DNA of 50,478 bases from a virus. Lineage: Duplodnaviria > Caudoviricetes. Positions 26,422-33,700 of this stretch are shown here, in pieces; position 1 is the stretch's first letter, and each line of letters starts with the position of its first letter. The notes below the pieces were generated by a model. The model saw only the letters and a list, made by a program, of their open reading frames with translations. It searched no databases and was not told the origin of the DNA. The DNA lies in the IMG/VR virus record IMGVR_UViG_3300010362_000022, positions 1 to 50,478 of that record. One strand, written 5' to 3'. The position numbers were made by a program, and so were the translations under genes.

Positions 26422-26515
26422 AAAAAAAATAAAAAAGAGAGGCCTGATGTAATATAGGGTCCGAGGAAATTACGGTGCCTATATCGCTCCGAGGAAATTA
26501 CGGTGCGACCTCTCT
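26422..26515 (-). ncRNA. Promoter-driven small RNA 2 with twin identical hairpin loops
   Basis: AGAGAGG/CCUCUCU closing stem; 19-bp direct repeat 26460-26478/26488-26506; U-tract; no ORF. Confidence 0.7.
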
Positions 26516-26540
26516 ATTATAAGAGTTGTTTTTCCTGCGA
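26516..26540 (-). promoter_or_regulatory. Phage promoter-like motif
   Basis: TCGCA GGAAAAAC AACTCT TATAAT. Confidence 0.75.
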
Positions 26541-26544
26541 GTTG

Positions 26545-26577
26545 AAAAAGTTAAAGCCCTTGTTACAGGGCCTTAAC
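26545..26577 (-). terminator. Conserved cassette terminator
   Basis: GTTAAAGCCCT/AGGGCCTTAAC hairpin plus T-tract. Confidence 0.7.
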
Positions 26578-26578
26578 C

Positions 26579-26845
26579 TTATACAACCTTGTCGGGAAGT
26601 GCAACGAAGAACTTCTGTCTCGGATTGACATCGTTGACAAATCCGATCACGCCTTGTCCGTTCTTTTTCAGAAAATCGACGCTTTCCATCGAGATGTTCA
26701 GCCAGTAGATTTCAGGCTTGTACTTAGTGAGGTACATAGCCGTCATAACCGAACCGGCAACAACACCAGGAATGGTGTACGTCACAATCTTGCGAACGCG
26801 AGGCGTGATACGATCTTTCAACGATTTCATCGAAACATCGTCCAT
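26579..26845 (-). CDS. Small membrane protein (88 aa)
   Basis: GAAAGGAG RBS before MDDVSMK; one TM. Confidence 0.7.
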   Translation of the reverse strand: MDDVSMKSLKDRITPRVRKIVTYTIPGVVAGSVMTAMYLTKYKPEIYWLNISMESVDFLKKNGQGVIGFVNDVNPRQKFFVALPDKVV

Positions 26846-26866
26846 TTTGCTCCTTTCGTAGGTTTC

Positions 26867-26891
26867 ATTATATGACGTGTTTTTCCTGCGA
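26867..26891 (-). promoter_or_regulatory. Phage promoter-like motif
   Basis: TCGCA GGAAAAAC ACGTCA TATAAT GAAACCTA. Confidence 0.75.
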
Positions 26892-26958
26892 AAAAAAAAG
26901 AAAGAAGGCCTGAATGATTTGTCCGACAACCTCGGGAAGTCGGCAGGTTACTCCTTTC
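26892..26958 (-). ncRNA. Promoter-driven small RNA 3
   Basis: GAAAGGAG/CUUCUUUC closing stem directly after TATAAT, CCUG/CAGG and CCGAC/GUCGG stems, U-tract. Confidence 0.6.
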
Positions 26959-26983
26959 ATTATAAAGCATGTTTTCTCTGCGA
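26959..26983 (-). promoter_or_regulatory. Phage promoter-like motif
   Basis: TCGCA GAGAAAAC ATGCTT TATAAT. Confidence 0.75.
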
Positions 26984-26987
26984 GGCG

Positions 26988-27021
26988 AAAAAGCTAAAGC
27001 CCCGGTTAAGGGGCCTCAGCT
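26988..27021 (-). terminator. Conserved cassette terminator
   Basis: AGCTAAAGCCCC/GGGGCCTCAGCT hairpin plus T-tract. Confidence 0.65.
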
Positions 27022-27168
27022 TTACTTGGCAACCTTGTTGCTAACCTTCGCAACGACCTTCGCGCCGATGAACATGGTGGCAGCAACGACTCCGACCCAC
27101 GATCCGAGCTCCTCGGTGAGGAGTGAACCGCGCTTCAAAGTGGTGCTGACGACCTCTGCCTTGGGCAT
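27022..27168 (-). CDS. Small membrane protein (48 aa)
   Basis: Hand-translated MPKAEVVSTTLKRGSLLTEELGSWVGVVAATMFIGAKVVAKVSNKVAK; GAAAGGA RBS. Confidence 0.7.
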   Translation of the reverse strand: MPKAEVVSTTLKRGSLLTEELGSWVGVVAATMFIGAKVVAKVSNKVAK

Positions 27169-27197
27169 GATAGTCCTTTCTTTAGGTTTAAGGTTTC

Positions 27198-27222
27198 ATT
27201 ATAGGAGAGGTTATTTCTGCGT
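27198..27222 (-). promoter_or_regulatory. Phage promoter-like motif
   Basis: ACGCA GAAATAAC CTCTCC TATAAT GAAACCT. Confidence 0.75.
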
Positions 27223-27234
27223 GATTTGCAGCAG

Positions 27235-27263
27235 AAAATGAAAGCCCTTGTTCAGGGCTCTCA
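27235..27263 (-). terminator. Conserved cassette terminator
   Basis: TGAAAGCCCT/AGGGCTCTCA hairpin plus T-tract. Confidence 0.65.
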
Positions 27264-27264
27264 C

Positions 27265-27540
27265 TTATTGACCTAGTACCCAAACAAGATCTGGGTCCTT
27301 ACTAAATCCATTCTCGTACAAATCATCTTCCGGAACGATAGTGGTTCTCGATTGTTTGTAGGATAGGTTCGGCGGATTGATAGTAGCGAGTTCGATCAAG
27401 AGGTATTGCTCATCTTCTTTTGCAACTGCCTCTTGAACTTCTCGGTTTGTTTCCGAATTCGACGTGACCCCACTCATATGCAAGAATGCGACCAACTCGA
27501 GAGTTGACTCGTTAATTTGAATGGCGTATTTAGTGGACAC
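27265..27540 (-). CDS. Hypothetical protein (91 aa)
   Basis: AAAGGAGG RBS, GTG start, inside a cassette. Confidence 0.75.
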   Translation of the reverse strand: MSTKYAIQINESTLELVAFLHMSGVTSNSETNREVQEAVAKEDEQYLLIELATINPPNLSYKQSRTTIVPEDDLYENGFSKDPDLVWVLGQ

Positions 27541-27561
27541 ATTTCCTCCTTTCTAGGTTTC

Positions 27562-27586
27562 ATTATAAGCGGAGTTTTTTCTGCGA
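27562..27586 (-). promoter_or_regulatory. Phage promoter-like motif
   Basis: TCGCA GAAAAAAC TCCGCT TATAAT GAAACCTA. Confidence 0.75.
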
Positions 27587-27620
27587 AAAACTAAAGCCCT
27601 AGTTGCAGGCCTTAGCTTTT
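27586..27620 (-). terminator. Conserved cassette terminator
   Basis: CTAAAGCCCT/AGGCCTTAG imperfect hairpin plus T-tract. Confidence 0.6.
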
Positions 27621-27627
27621 AAGTCTA

Positions 27628-27744
27628 TTAATACGCGTTACGTGCGCGCATTTCTCGATTGAACATCCAGATCAGCCAAATGCCTCCGGTGAAGAGGACC
27701 ATGACGCAATCAAAGATGAGGTTTCTGAGCTTGTAGCGACGCAT
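27628..27744 (-). CDS. Small membrane protein (38 aa)
   Basis: Hand-translated MRRYKLRNLIFDCVMVLFTGGIWLIWMFNREMRARNAY; AAGGAG RBS. Confidence 0.75.
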   Translation of the reverse strand: MRRYKLRNLIFDCVMVLFTGGIWLIWMFNREMRARNAY

Positions 27745-27765
27745 AACATCTCCTTAATAGGTTTC

Positions 27766-27790
27766 ATTATACGCGATGTAATATCTGCGA
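27766..27790 (-). promoter_or_regulatory. Phage promoter-like motif
   Basis: TCGCA GATATTAC ATCGCG TATAAT GAAACCTA. Confidence 0.75.
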
Positions 27791-27800
27791 GTTTGCAGGC

Positions 27801-27830
27801 AAATTTACCCCCGGGGATTTTTTCAGATCG
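27801..27830. repeat. Dispersed quasi-palindrome AAATT..CCCCCGGGG..TTTTT
   Basis: Related copies at 13379-13400 and 50451-50475. Confidence 0.55.
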
Positions 27831-27858
27831 AAAAAAATAAATGCTTTGTTGAACATGC

Positions 27859-27892
27859 GAAAAACTAAAACCCGAGTTGGGTCTTAGTTTTC
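27859..27892 (-). terminator. Conserved cassette terminator
   Basis: AAAACTAAAACCC/GGGTCTTAGTTTT hairpin. Confidence 0.65.
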
Positions 27893-27905
27893 GAACCTGT
27901 CATGG

Positions 27906-28067
27906 TTAGACAGCGAGCTTGAGGTTCTTGCGCCGTTTCCAGTTCAGATACAATCCACGCACCTTGCTGAGCAGCTTGTCCGAACCCCAGATGATGGAGT
28001 ACCAGATAGCTGTCCACAGGATGGTGGAAACGATCTTGAACAGGATACGCGTGAACATAGCCAGCAT
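27906..28067 (-). CDS. Small membrane protein (53 aa)
   Basis: Hand-translated MLAMFTRILFKIVSTILWTAIWYSIIWGSDKLLSKVRGLYLNWKRRKNLKLAV; GAAAGGA RBS. Confidence 0.7.
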   Translation of the reverse strand: MLAMFTRILFKIVSTILWTAIWYSIIWGSDKLLSKVRGLYLNWKRRKNLKLAV

Positions 28068-28088
28068 TTTAATCCTTTCGTAGGTTTC

Positions 28089-28113
28089 ATTATAGGATAT
28101 GTAGTTTTTGCGT
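28089..28113 (-). promoter_or_regulatory. Phage promoter-like motif
   Basis: ACGCA AAAACTAC ATATCC TATAAT GAAACCTA. Confidence 0.75.
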
Positions 28114-28125
28114 GTTTTGCAGGCA

Positions 28126-28162
28126 AAAAATATAAAGGCCCCTGTTACAGGGCCCTTATATT
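28126..28162 (-). terminator. Conserved cassette terminator
   Basis: AATATAAAGGCCC/GGGCCCTTATATT hairpin plus T-tract. Confidence 0.7.
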
Positions 28163-28182
28163 CTCAAACTCCCAAATTTCCG

Positions 28183-28458
28183 TTATCTCGGCTTGAGCAG
28201 CAAACCGATCGCTTTTGAAGCGATGACATTCACGTTCTCGTGCTTGATAATCATCAGGATTCCAAACAGATTTGCTCCGACGATTAGCAACGTATCTCTG
28301 CTCACGGGCCTTGGCTTTTCATGCATCCTCAGCTCGTGCAACTTCATCGCTGCATTCAACGTCCTTACATACTCTTCGGAACCGATCGGATGATTGTTCA
28401 ACTCACGAAGCGTGCGATCCAGCATCTTCTCCAGCAAAGTTTCGCTCATTCCAAACAT
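28183..28458 (-). CDS. Membrane protein
   Basis: SEEY...L..L.....VS.DTLLIVGANL.GIL.I..HE..NVI.SKA pattern. Confidence 0.75.
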   Translation of the reverse strand: MFGMSETLLEKMLDRTLRELNNHPIGSEEYVRTLNAAMKLHELRMHEKPRPVSRDTLLIVGANLFGILMIIKHENVNVIASKAIGLLLKPR

Positions 28459-28479
28459 ACGGCTCCTTAGGTAGCTTTC

Positions 28480-28504
28480 ATTATAAGCCGTGTTTTACTC
28501 GCGA
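28480..28504 (-). promoter_or_regulatory. Phage promoter-like motif (first of the array)
   Basis: TCGCG AGTAAAAC ACGGCT TATAAT GAAAG. Confidence 0.7.
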
Positions 28505-28731
28505 GTGTCCTCTACCTTGAAGATCACCAGCTTCTTGAACTCGAGCTTCTCCGGATAATCATCGAGCACAAGTGAATATACCGTCTTTTCCGTCAAACTG
28601 TTCCGACTCACCACAATCGTACCAGCGCTGGATTCTCTCAAGCGCGCAAATAGCCATGACCTAACAACAAAACCAAACAAAAATCCCGCCCAAAAAAGGA
28701 GGATGCCTAAAATTATGAATCCCATCTCCAT
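28495..28731 (-). CDS. Membrane protein
   Basis: N-terminal TM; follows the minor tail gene. Confidence 0.7.
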   Translation of the reverse strand: MEMGFIILGILLFWAGFLFGFVVRSWLFARLRESSAGTIVVSRNSLTEKTVYSLVLDDYPEKLEFKKLVIFKVEDTRE

Positions 28732-28734
28732 CTC

Positions 28735-29856
28735 CTAGCCAAGCATGGCTACGGTCGGATACGCCCTTTCCCCAGCATCATCCTGAGCACGAATATACTC
28801 CGTTATCCGCGCCGACTGCACGATGTCGCTGTTTCCCTGTACTTCAATTACGTCACCAAGATTGTAGTGAATCCCATACTGGAACTGATTGTTCGGAACG
28901 ATCTCTCCATCCACCGCCTTGATGAAATGATTGGTGGTCAAAGCATCGTAAGCACGGCTATTGAGAATATTGACTAGATTCGCTTGGCTGCCTCCAACCT
29001 GATCGGTGGTGATGTCCTCCGCGAATACCAACTGAGCGCGCAAATCAAATCCGGTATACTGCGGCCCGGTAAGCGCACTTACACCCGGCGTTGTCGCAAG
29101 TCCGTCCGGATTCTGTGGAGCAAACGCGTATACCAGCGTTTTGAGTGCGGCGATCGAGCGAAGCTCTTTGATGTTGGTAAAGGAGTCCATCGCGGGAGAG
29201 AAGCGAACAACCGGATTCTCAGTCTGACCACTGGTACGATTGAGGCCCTTGTAGCTACGAAAACCGAGTGAATATGATGCCTCCGTAGCCGACTCGAGCG
29301 TAATCTGCATTCCGACCTCATAAGTGGTCGCAATCTCGTACAAAGCGGCAAAGACGGGTCCATAAGGAACACCAACGGAGACATTGCTACCCGACTTGTC
29401 GTAATCCTTCAATCCAAGACCGGGAATAATCAAAGATTGCGGATTGGTAACTCCAATTGGAATCGAACCACTCAAATATGGACTGCCTTGACAACACATG
29501 TTGTAGACGACGATCCAGAGGATGTTCCCAGGCGTTGCGCCAGAAATATACCAATATCTATCCTCGTGCGCAGCTGAGATACGGATGAAGCGATTGTTCA
29601 GCCACTTGAGAAGTGAGATCCCGGTGACTTTGAGCTTGTTCTCCTCGATGTTCGCTGTCTCGAGGATCATTACTTCATCGGATTCGTCGAGGCCGAGAAA
29701 TGTACCTTCCTCCAGTTTTTGAATCATCGTTTGTGTAGCCGGAACAACGAGCTCGACGTCGCTGTCACCGTAATAACGCTCGGTCCAGATGATCGAATGA
29801 AAAGCATCAATCACGTCTTGTTTGAGAAAGCTACGATTCAGGGTAAACGGTTCCAT
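28735..29856 (-). CDS. Minor tail protein (siphovirus Gp37-like hub)
   Basis: SIIWTERY...D.EL; YNLGDVIEV; ITEYIR.QD..GE..YPT; follows Dit. Confidence 0.8.
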   Translation of the reverse strand: MEPFTLNRSFLKQDVIDAFHSIIWTERYYGDSDVELVVPATQTMIQKLEEGTFLGLDESDEVMILETANIEENKLKVTGISLLKWLNNRFIRISAAHEDRYWYISGATPGNILWIVVYNMCCQGSPYLSGSIPIGVTNPQSLIIPGLGLKDYDKSGSNVSVGVPYGPVFAALYEIATTYEVGMQITLESATEASYSLGFRSYKGLNRTSGQTENPVVRFSPAMDSFTNIKELRSIAALKTLVYAFAPQNPDGLATTPGVSALTGPQYTGFDLRAQLVFAEDITTDQVGGSQANLVNILNSRAYDALTTNHFIKAVDGEIVPNNQFQYGIHYNLGDVIEVQGNSDIVQSARITEYIRAQDDAGERAYPTVAMLG

Positions 29857-30698
29857 TACAGTCCCCCGAAACGCTCATAATACGTGAGCTCCCAATCCTG
29901 AATCCCCCCATACGGTGTCGTGGTGATGAAAATATCGTTCTCACCGGGTTGTAGCATTGGCCAACTGGAACCCTCCAGTACCTTGGGCAAGAGATTGGTG
30001 ATCGTGCCGCCGCCGATAGCGATGTTCTGTACGTACTTACGCATCGCAACCGAGTTCAACTCGTAGTACTTGGTCGCGTCTACTCCTGCAGTCACGACCA
30101 AATCGGTCACCGGCGGTTCTCCGACCTGAACCTCGATTGCTGTTGGCACGGTACCAGAGACGAATGTGACCTTGACATTGAATCCAGTCTCGATTGTCCC
30201 CTCGTACTCGATCACCGTCGGTCCTTCAGCATTTGTCTGCCCGGTAAGGACGGTTGGATCAAGGGCGACGAAATATGGATCGGGACAAATGACCGAAACG
30301 AGAAATTCTTGGTCTTTGCTGAATTGATTTACCGTGATATCTTCGACTATACCCGAAATTCCCACCGGAGCTAAATCATCACTTTCAAATTCCAATCGAG
30401 TTGACTTTTTGGGCATAAAGTATGCATACAACAATTTACGCAATGCTTCGTACGACCAATTATCCCAATCTGGATTAGGATGTACTGTTAAAACGATATT
30501 TCGAGCCGCTACGCTACCTCCTACATAAGCAGCTCCATCAACAGACCCGTACAGTGATGTATTGATAGCAGCCTTGACTGGATCTAGTCCGTCGATGTTA
30601 CGAATCTGGATCAAGTCTGTTTCGGGTCTGCCAGTTTCATCTAAAAGTAGAGTAGGAGCTGAACGCCATGAGCTATACGCTCTTACTGTAGTCAGCAC
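29856..30698 (-). CDS. Distal tail protein (Dit)
   Basis: IDGLDPVKA...RNIVL...ICPDPYF...LQPGEN; directly after tape measure. Confidence 0.8.
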   Translation of the reverse strand: MLTTVRAYSSWRSAPTLLLDETGRPETDLIQIRNIDGLDPVKAAINTSLYGSVDGAAYVGGSVAARNIVLTVHPNPDWDNWSYEALRKLLYAYFMPKKSTRLEFESDDLAPVGISGIVEDITVNQFSKDQEFLVSVICPDPYFVALDPTVLTGQTNAEGPTVIEYEGTIETGFNVKVTFVSGTVPTAIEVQVGEPPVTDLVVTAGVDATKYYELNSVAMRKYVQNIAIGGGTITNLLPKVLEGSSWPMLQPGENDIFITTTPYGGIQDWELTYYERFGGL

Positions 30699-30713
30699 AG
30701 CTTCAGACCTCCT

Positions 30714-30735
30714 TGGGCCCCCCGAAGAGGGCCCA
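30714..30735 (-). other. Stable cUUCGg hairpin between tape measure and Dit
   Basis: TGGGCCCTC-TTCG-GGGGGCCCA on the minus strand; no U-tract. Confidence 0.5.
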
Positions 30736-30742
30736 TAGCTGA

Positions 30743-33700
30743 TTAAGTAATGGCGAGTACAGACTTGAGTTGTGACAACTGGTTCTTTGTTTGCCTGTAG
30801 ATCTCGATTTCAGTCAGTGCCTGCGGCGAGTAATTGTTCTGCTCAAATATAACTGGCGCTTGACCCGCAATCACAGTTGCTTGTTCGGTTTGTGCCGCTT
30901 GTTGCGAGGATATGATCGAAGCTTGTCCATACGAAGCCGCGGCAGTAATCGGCGTCACCGCAGTCAACGTCGACAACTCACGAGCCTGATCTCGAACCTG
31001 CGTCAGATCCAGAATTGGGGTGATGACCGGTTCGGTGTTCAGCTCGGAAGCTACGGCTTCGGACATACCACGCATCGACCGCTCCATCTGTGTTAGAGCA
31101 TCTTTGGCTGCCGTATCGACAGCGTCGGTGACACCCTTGGAGGAATCTTCGATGCCCTTGGCCATACCCTCCATCGACGAAACGCCGATTTCTGCGAAGG
31201 CCTCGGACGGCGACTTGATTTTCAGCTCCTTCTTCAATGTCGTCAAGATCTCGCGTGCGATCTCTTCCATCTCTTGGCGAATATCGGAGCGCTTCGACTT
31301 CAAGCCCTTGACCAGACCCGCAGCTGCGTCGACACCCGCTTGATAGAGATTGTTTCCGGCATTCTTGGCCAACGTCGCCGACACCTTCATCAAGTTCTTG
31401 TCCAGAACGTTCAAAGCGTCGACGGCCGTCTTACCACCCGCAAGCAACTGATCCGCAAAGGCTTGGTCCATCGTACCCTCGTCAAGCAACTTCTGGTACG
31501 TGGCGTCGTCCAAACCAAGTTGACGCAATTGCTGCAATGTGGAGTGATAAGCGGCCACCGCATCGGCCTCGTGCTTGAGAGCTCCCATGTAGGTAGCCAG
31601 CTGATCGACCGCGTGACCTTCGGCGTCCTCGGTGACAATCTCCGGTAGTGCTCCATACTTGGCAGCAAAGTTCCGAACTGCATCGTCACGAGTCTTCATC
31701 GCATTGGCAAGCGCATCTTGTGCGGTATTCAGCTTCTCACTGATCTTGTCGTAGTCTGCGGTTAGACCAATGAGCTCCTTCTTCTCGTCCGCAAGCGTCT
31801 TTGTCAGAGCGATGTGACCAGCAGTCGAGCGTGCCAAGATTGCTTCGTTCTCGTCGATAATCTTCTGCGCTTCTCTGATCGCATTAGCATCTGGCTTCTT
31901 TGCTTTGCGCAGTTCGGCCAGCTTATCCTCTTCTTTGGCGATCGTCTCCCGAGCCGCGACCATTGCGTCGGTCAATTTGCCGTTCAGGTCAGTAAATGCG
32001 TTTTTGATATCTTCCCCGGAGCCTTTTAGCCCTTGCGCGAAACCTTGTCCGACCGCTTGACCAATTTCGTGCATGACTTTGGACGGAGAAGTGATCTGGA
32101 AGACGTTCTTGAAGGCATTGATCGTGCCGTTGCTCATTGCTTCTGCCGATGAATAGACATCATCCGCATTGGCGTCCATACCTTCGACCAATCCGGCAAC
32201 CATCATCTCGCCGATGTTGTAAGTCACTGTCGACGGCGACTTGACGCCCGGAATCTTGTGCAGCAGACCGACGGCTTTGTTCATGACGCTTTCAATTTTG
32301 CCGTACAGTTCCCCGGCTTTACTGACTAGACCACCGGTCATACCATCGATGATCGCGATACCGACTCGCATACCCGCAGCTCTCATCTGACCAGCGTTGG
32401 CATCGATTGCGTTCGCGATACCGTTCAGGAAATTGATCACAGCTTTCATACCGGCATCAACGAGTTTGACCGAATTTGACGAGAGAGCATTGATGAACTT
32501 GATAATCGCATTAACACCGGCTGCGATGATCCTCGGACCAGCATCGCCGATGCCATTGATAAAGGCAACGACAATATCTACTCCCATTTTGATTACCTTG
32601 CCGATACCACCGGCAATGGCTTCCAGCAGTTTGGTAAGGATGCTCAAACCAGCTGTAGCAACCTTGCCGAGATTGCTGGCAATGGTACCGAGGAACTTGG
32701 CAATGATGTCGAGAACTGCAGTAACAACATCGGCATAGTGCTGGGCAATACCCTTGACCAAGGAGATCAGAATTTGCGAACCGGCTTGGATGATCTTGCC
32801 CAGGTTGTTTGCGATACCGCTCAAGAACTTGGCGATGATGTCCGCCACCAGGGTGACCAGCTGGGGAATGTTGTTCTTGATCCCCTGCAGCAGGGCGACG
32901 AGTAGGTCGAACCCGGCTTGGATGATCCGCCCTTGATTGCGATTGAGAACGCCTATCACTAGAGTGATCAGCGCGTCGAATGCCTCGCCTATCTTCGGCG
33001 ATGCCGCGACGATGGCGTCCAATAGGCTGTTCAGGATCTTGACGATTGCGTCGACGAACATAGGTGCCGTATCGGCCAGGGCCTTGACGATCTCCAGCAC
33101 TCCCAGGATCATCAGCTTGGCGTTCTTGATGATCCCTTCCTGCAACTCGACGAAGGCGGCGAGGATGACGCCGACACCTGTCGGTGCAGCAACAACCAGA
33201 GCGCTAAGCCCGGTGCTGATCAGGAAGATTCCGGCACCGGCGAGAGCTAGACCACCGCCAATGAGTACCAAGGCAGCGCCAAGCCCGATCAGTGCTGGAA
33301 TAGTGGGGCCAAGTACAGCTCCGGCGATACCGAGAATGGCTAGCGCCGCTCCCAGTCCTACTAGACCCTTGATGATCGATTCCCACGACTGCCTTCCCAT
33401 CGCTACCAGAGCAGGTGCAAGCAGAGCCAAACCTGCAGCGGCAATTCCCAGTGCAGCAGCTCCGCCTAGAGCTCCTTGCATGACGTACAAAGCGCCCGCC
33501 AGCAAGATCAACGCTCCGGCAAGCGTGCCTAGACCCTTCGCAATTTCGCGAACAGACAAACCGCCCATACGCTCGATGGCAGCTGCGATTCGTCCCAATG
33601 AAAGCGAGACAATCAACAAGCCTGCAGCAGTAACAACCATGTTTGCAGGCATCAAACGCATGGCAAGGCCGATAATGATCAAACCGGCAGCAACAGCCGC

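Noticed and set aside
26460-26506. 19-bp direct repeat as a mini CRISPR array
   Set aside because: Only two copies separated by 9 bp and no cas operon; better explained as twin RNA hairpins
26846-26929. N-terminal extension of the 116-aa ORF
   Set aside because: Crosses a U-tract and a promoter; a strong RBS supports the start at 26845
27944-28126. 60-aa ORF from the track
   Set aside because: Spans the promoter; a different frame (27906..28067) has the RBS and a TM segment
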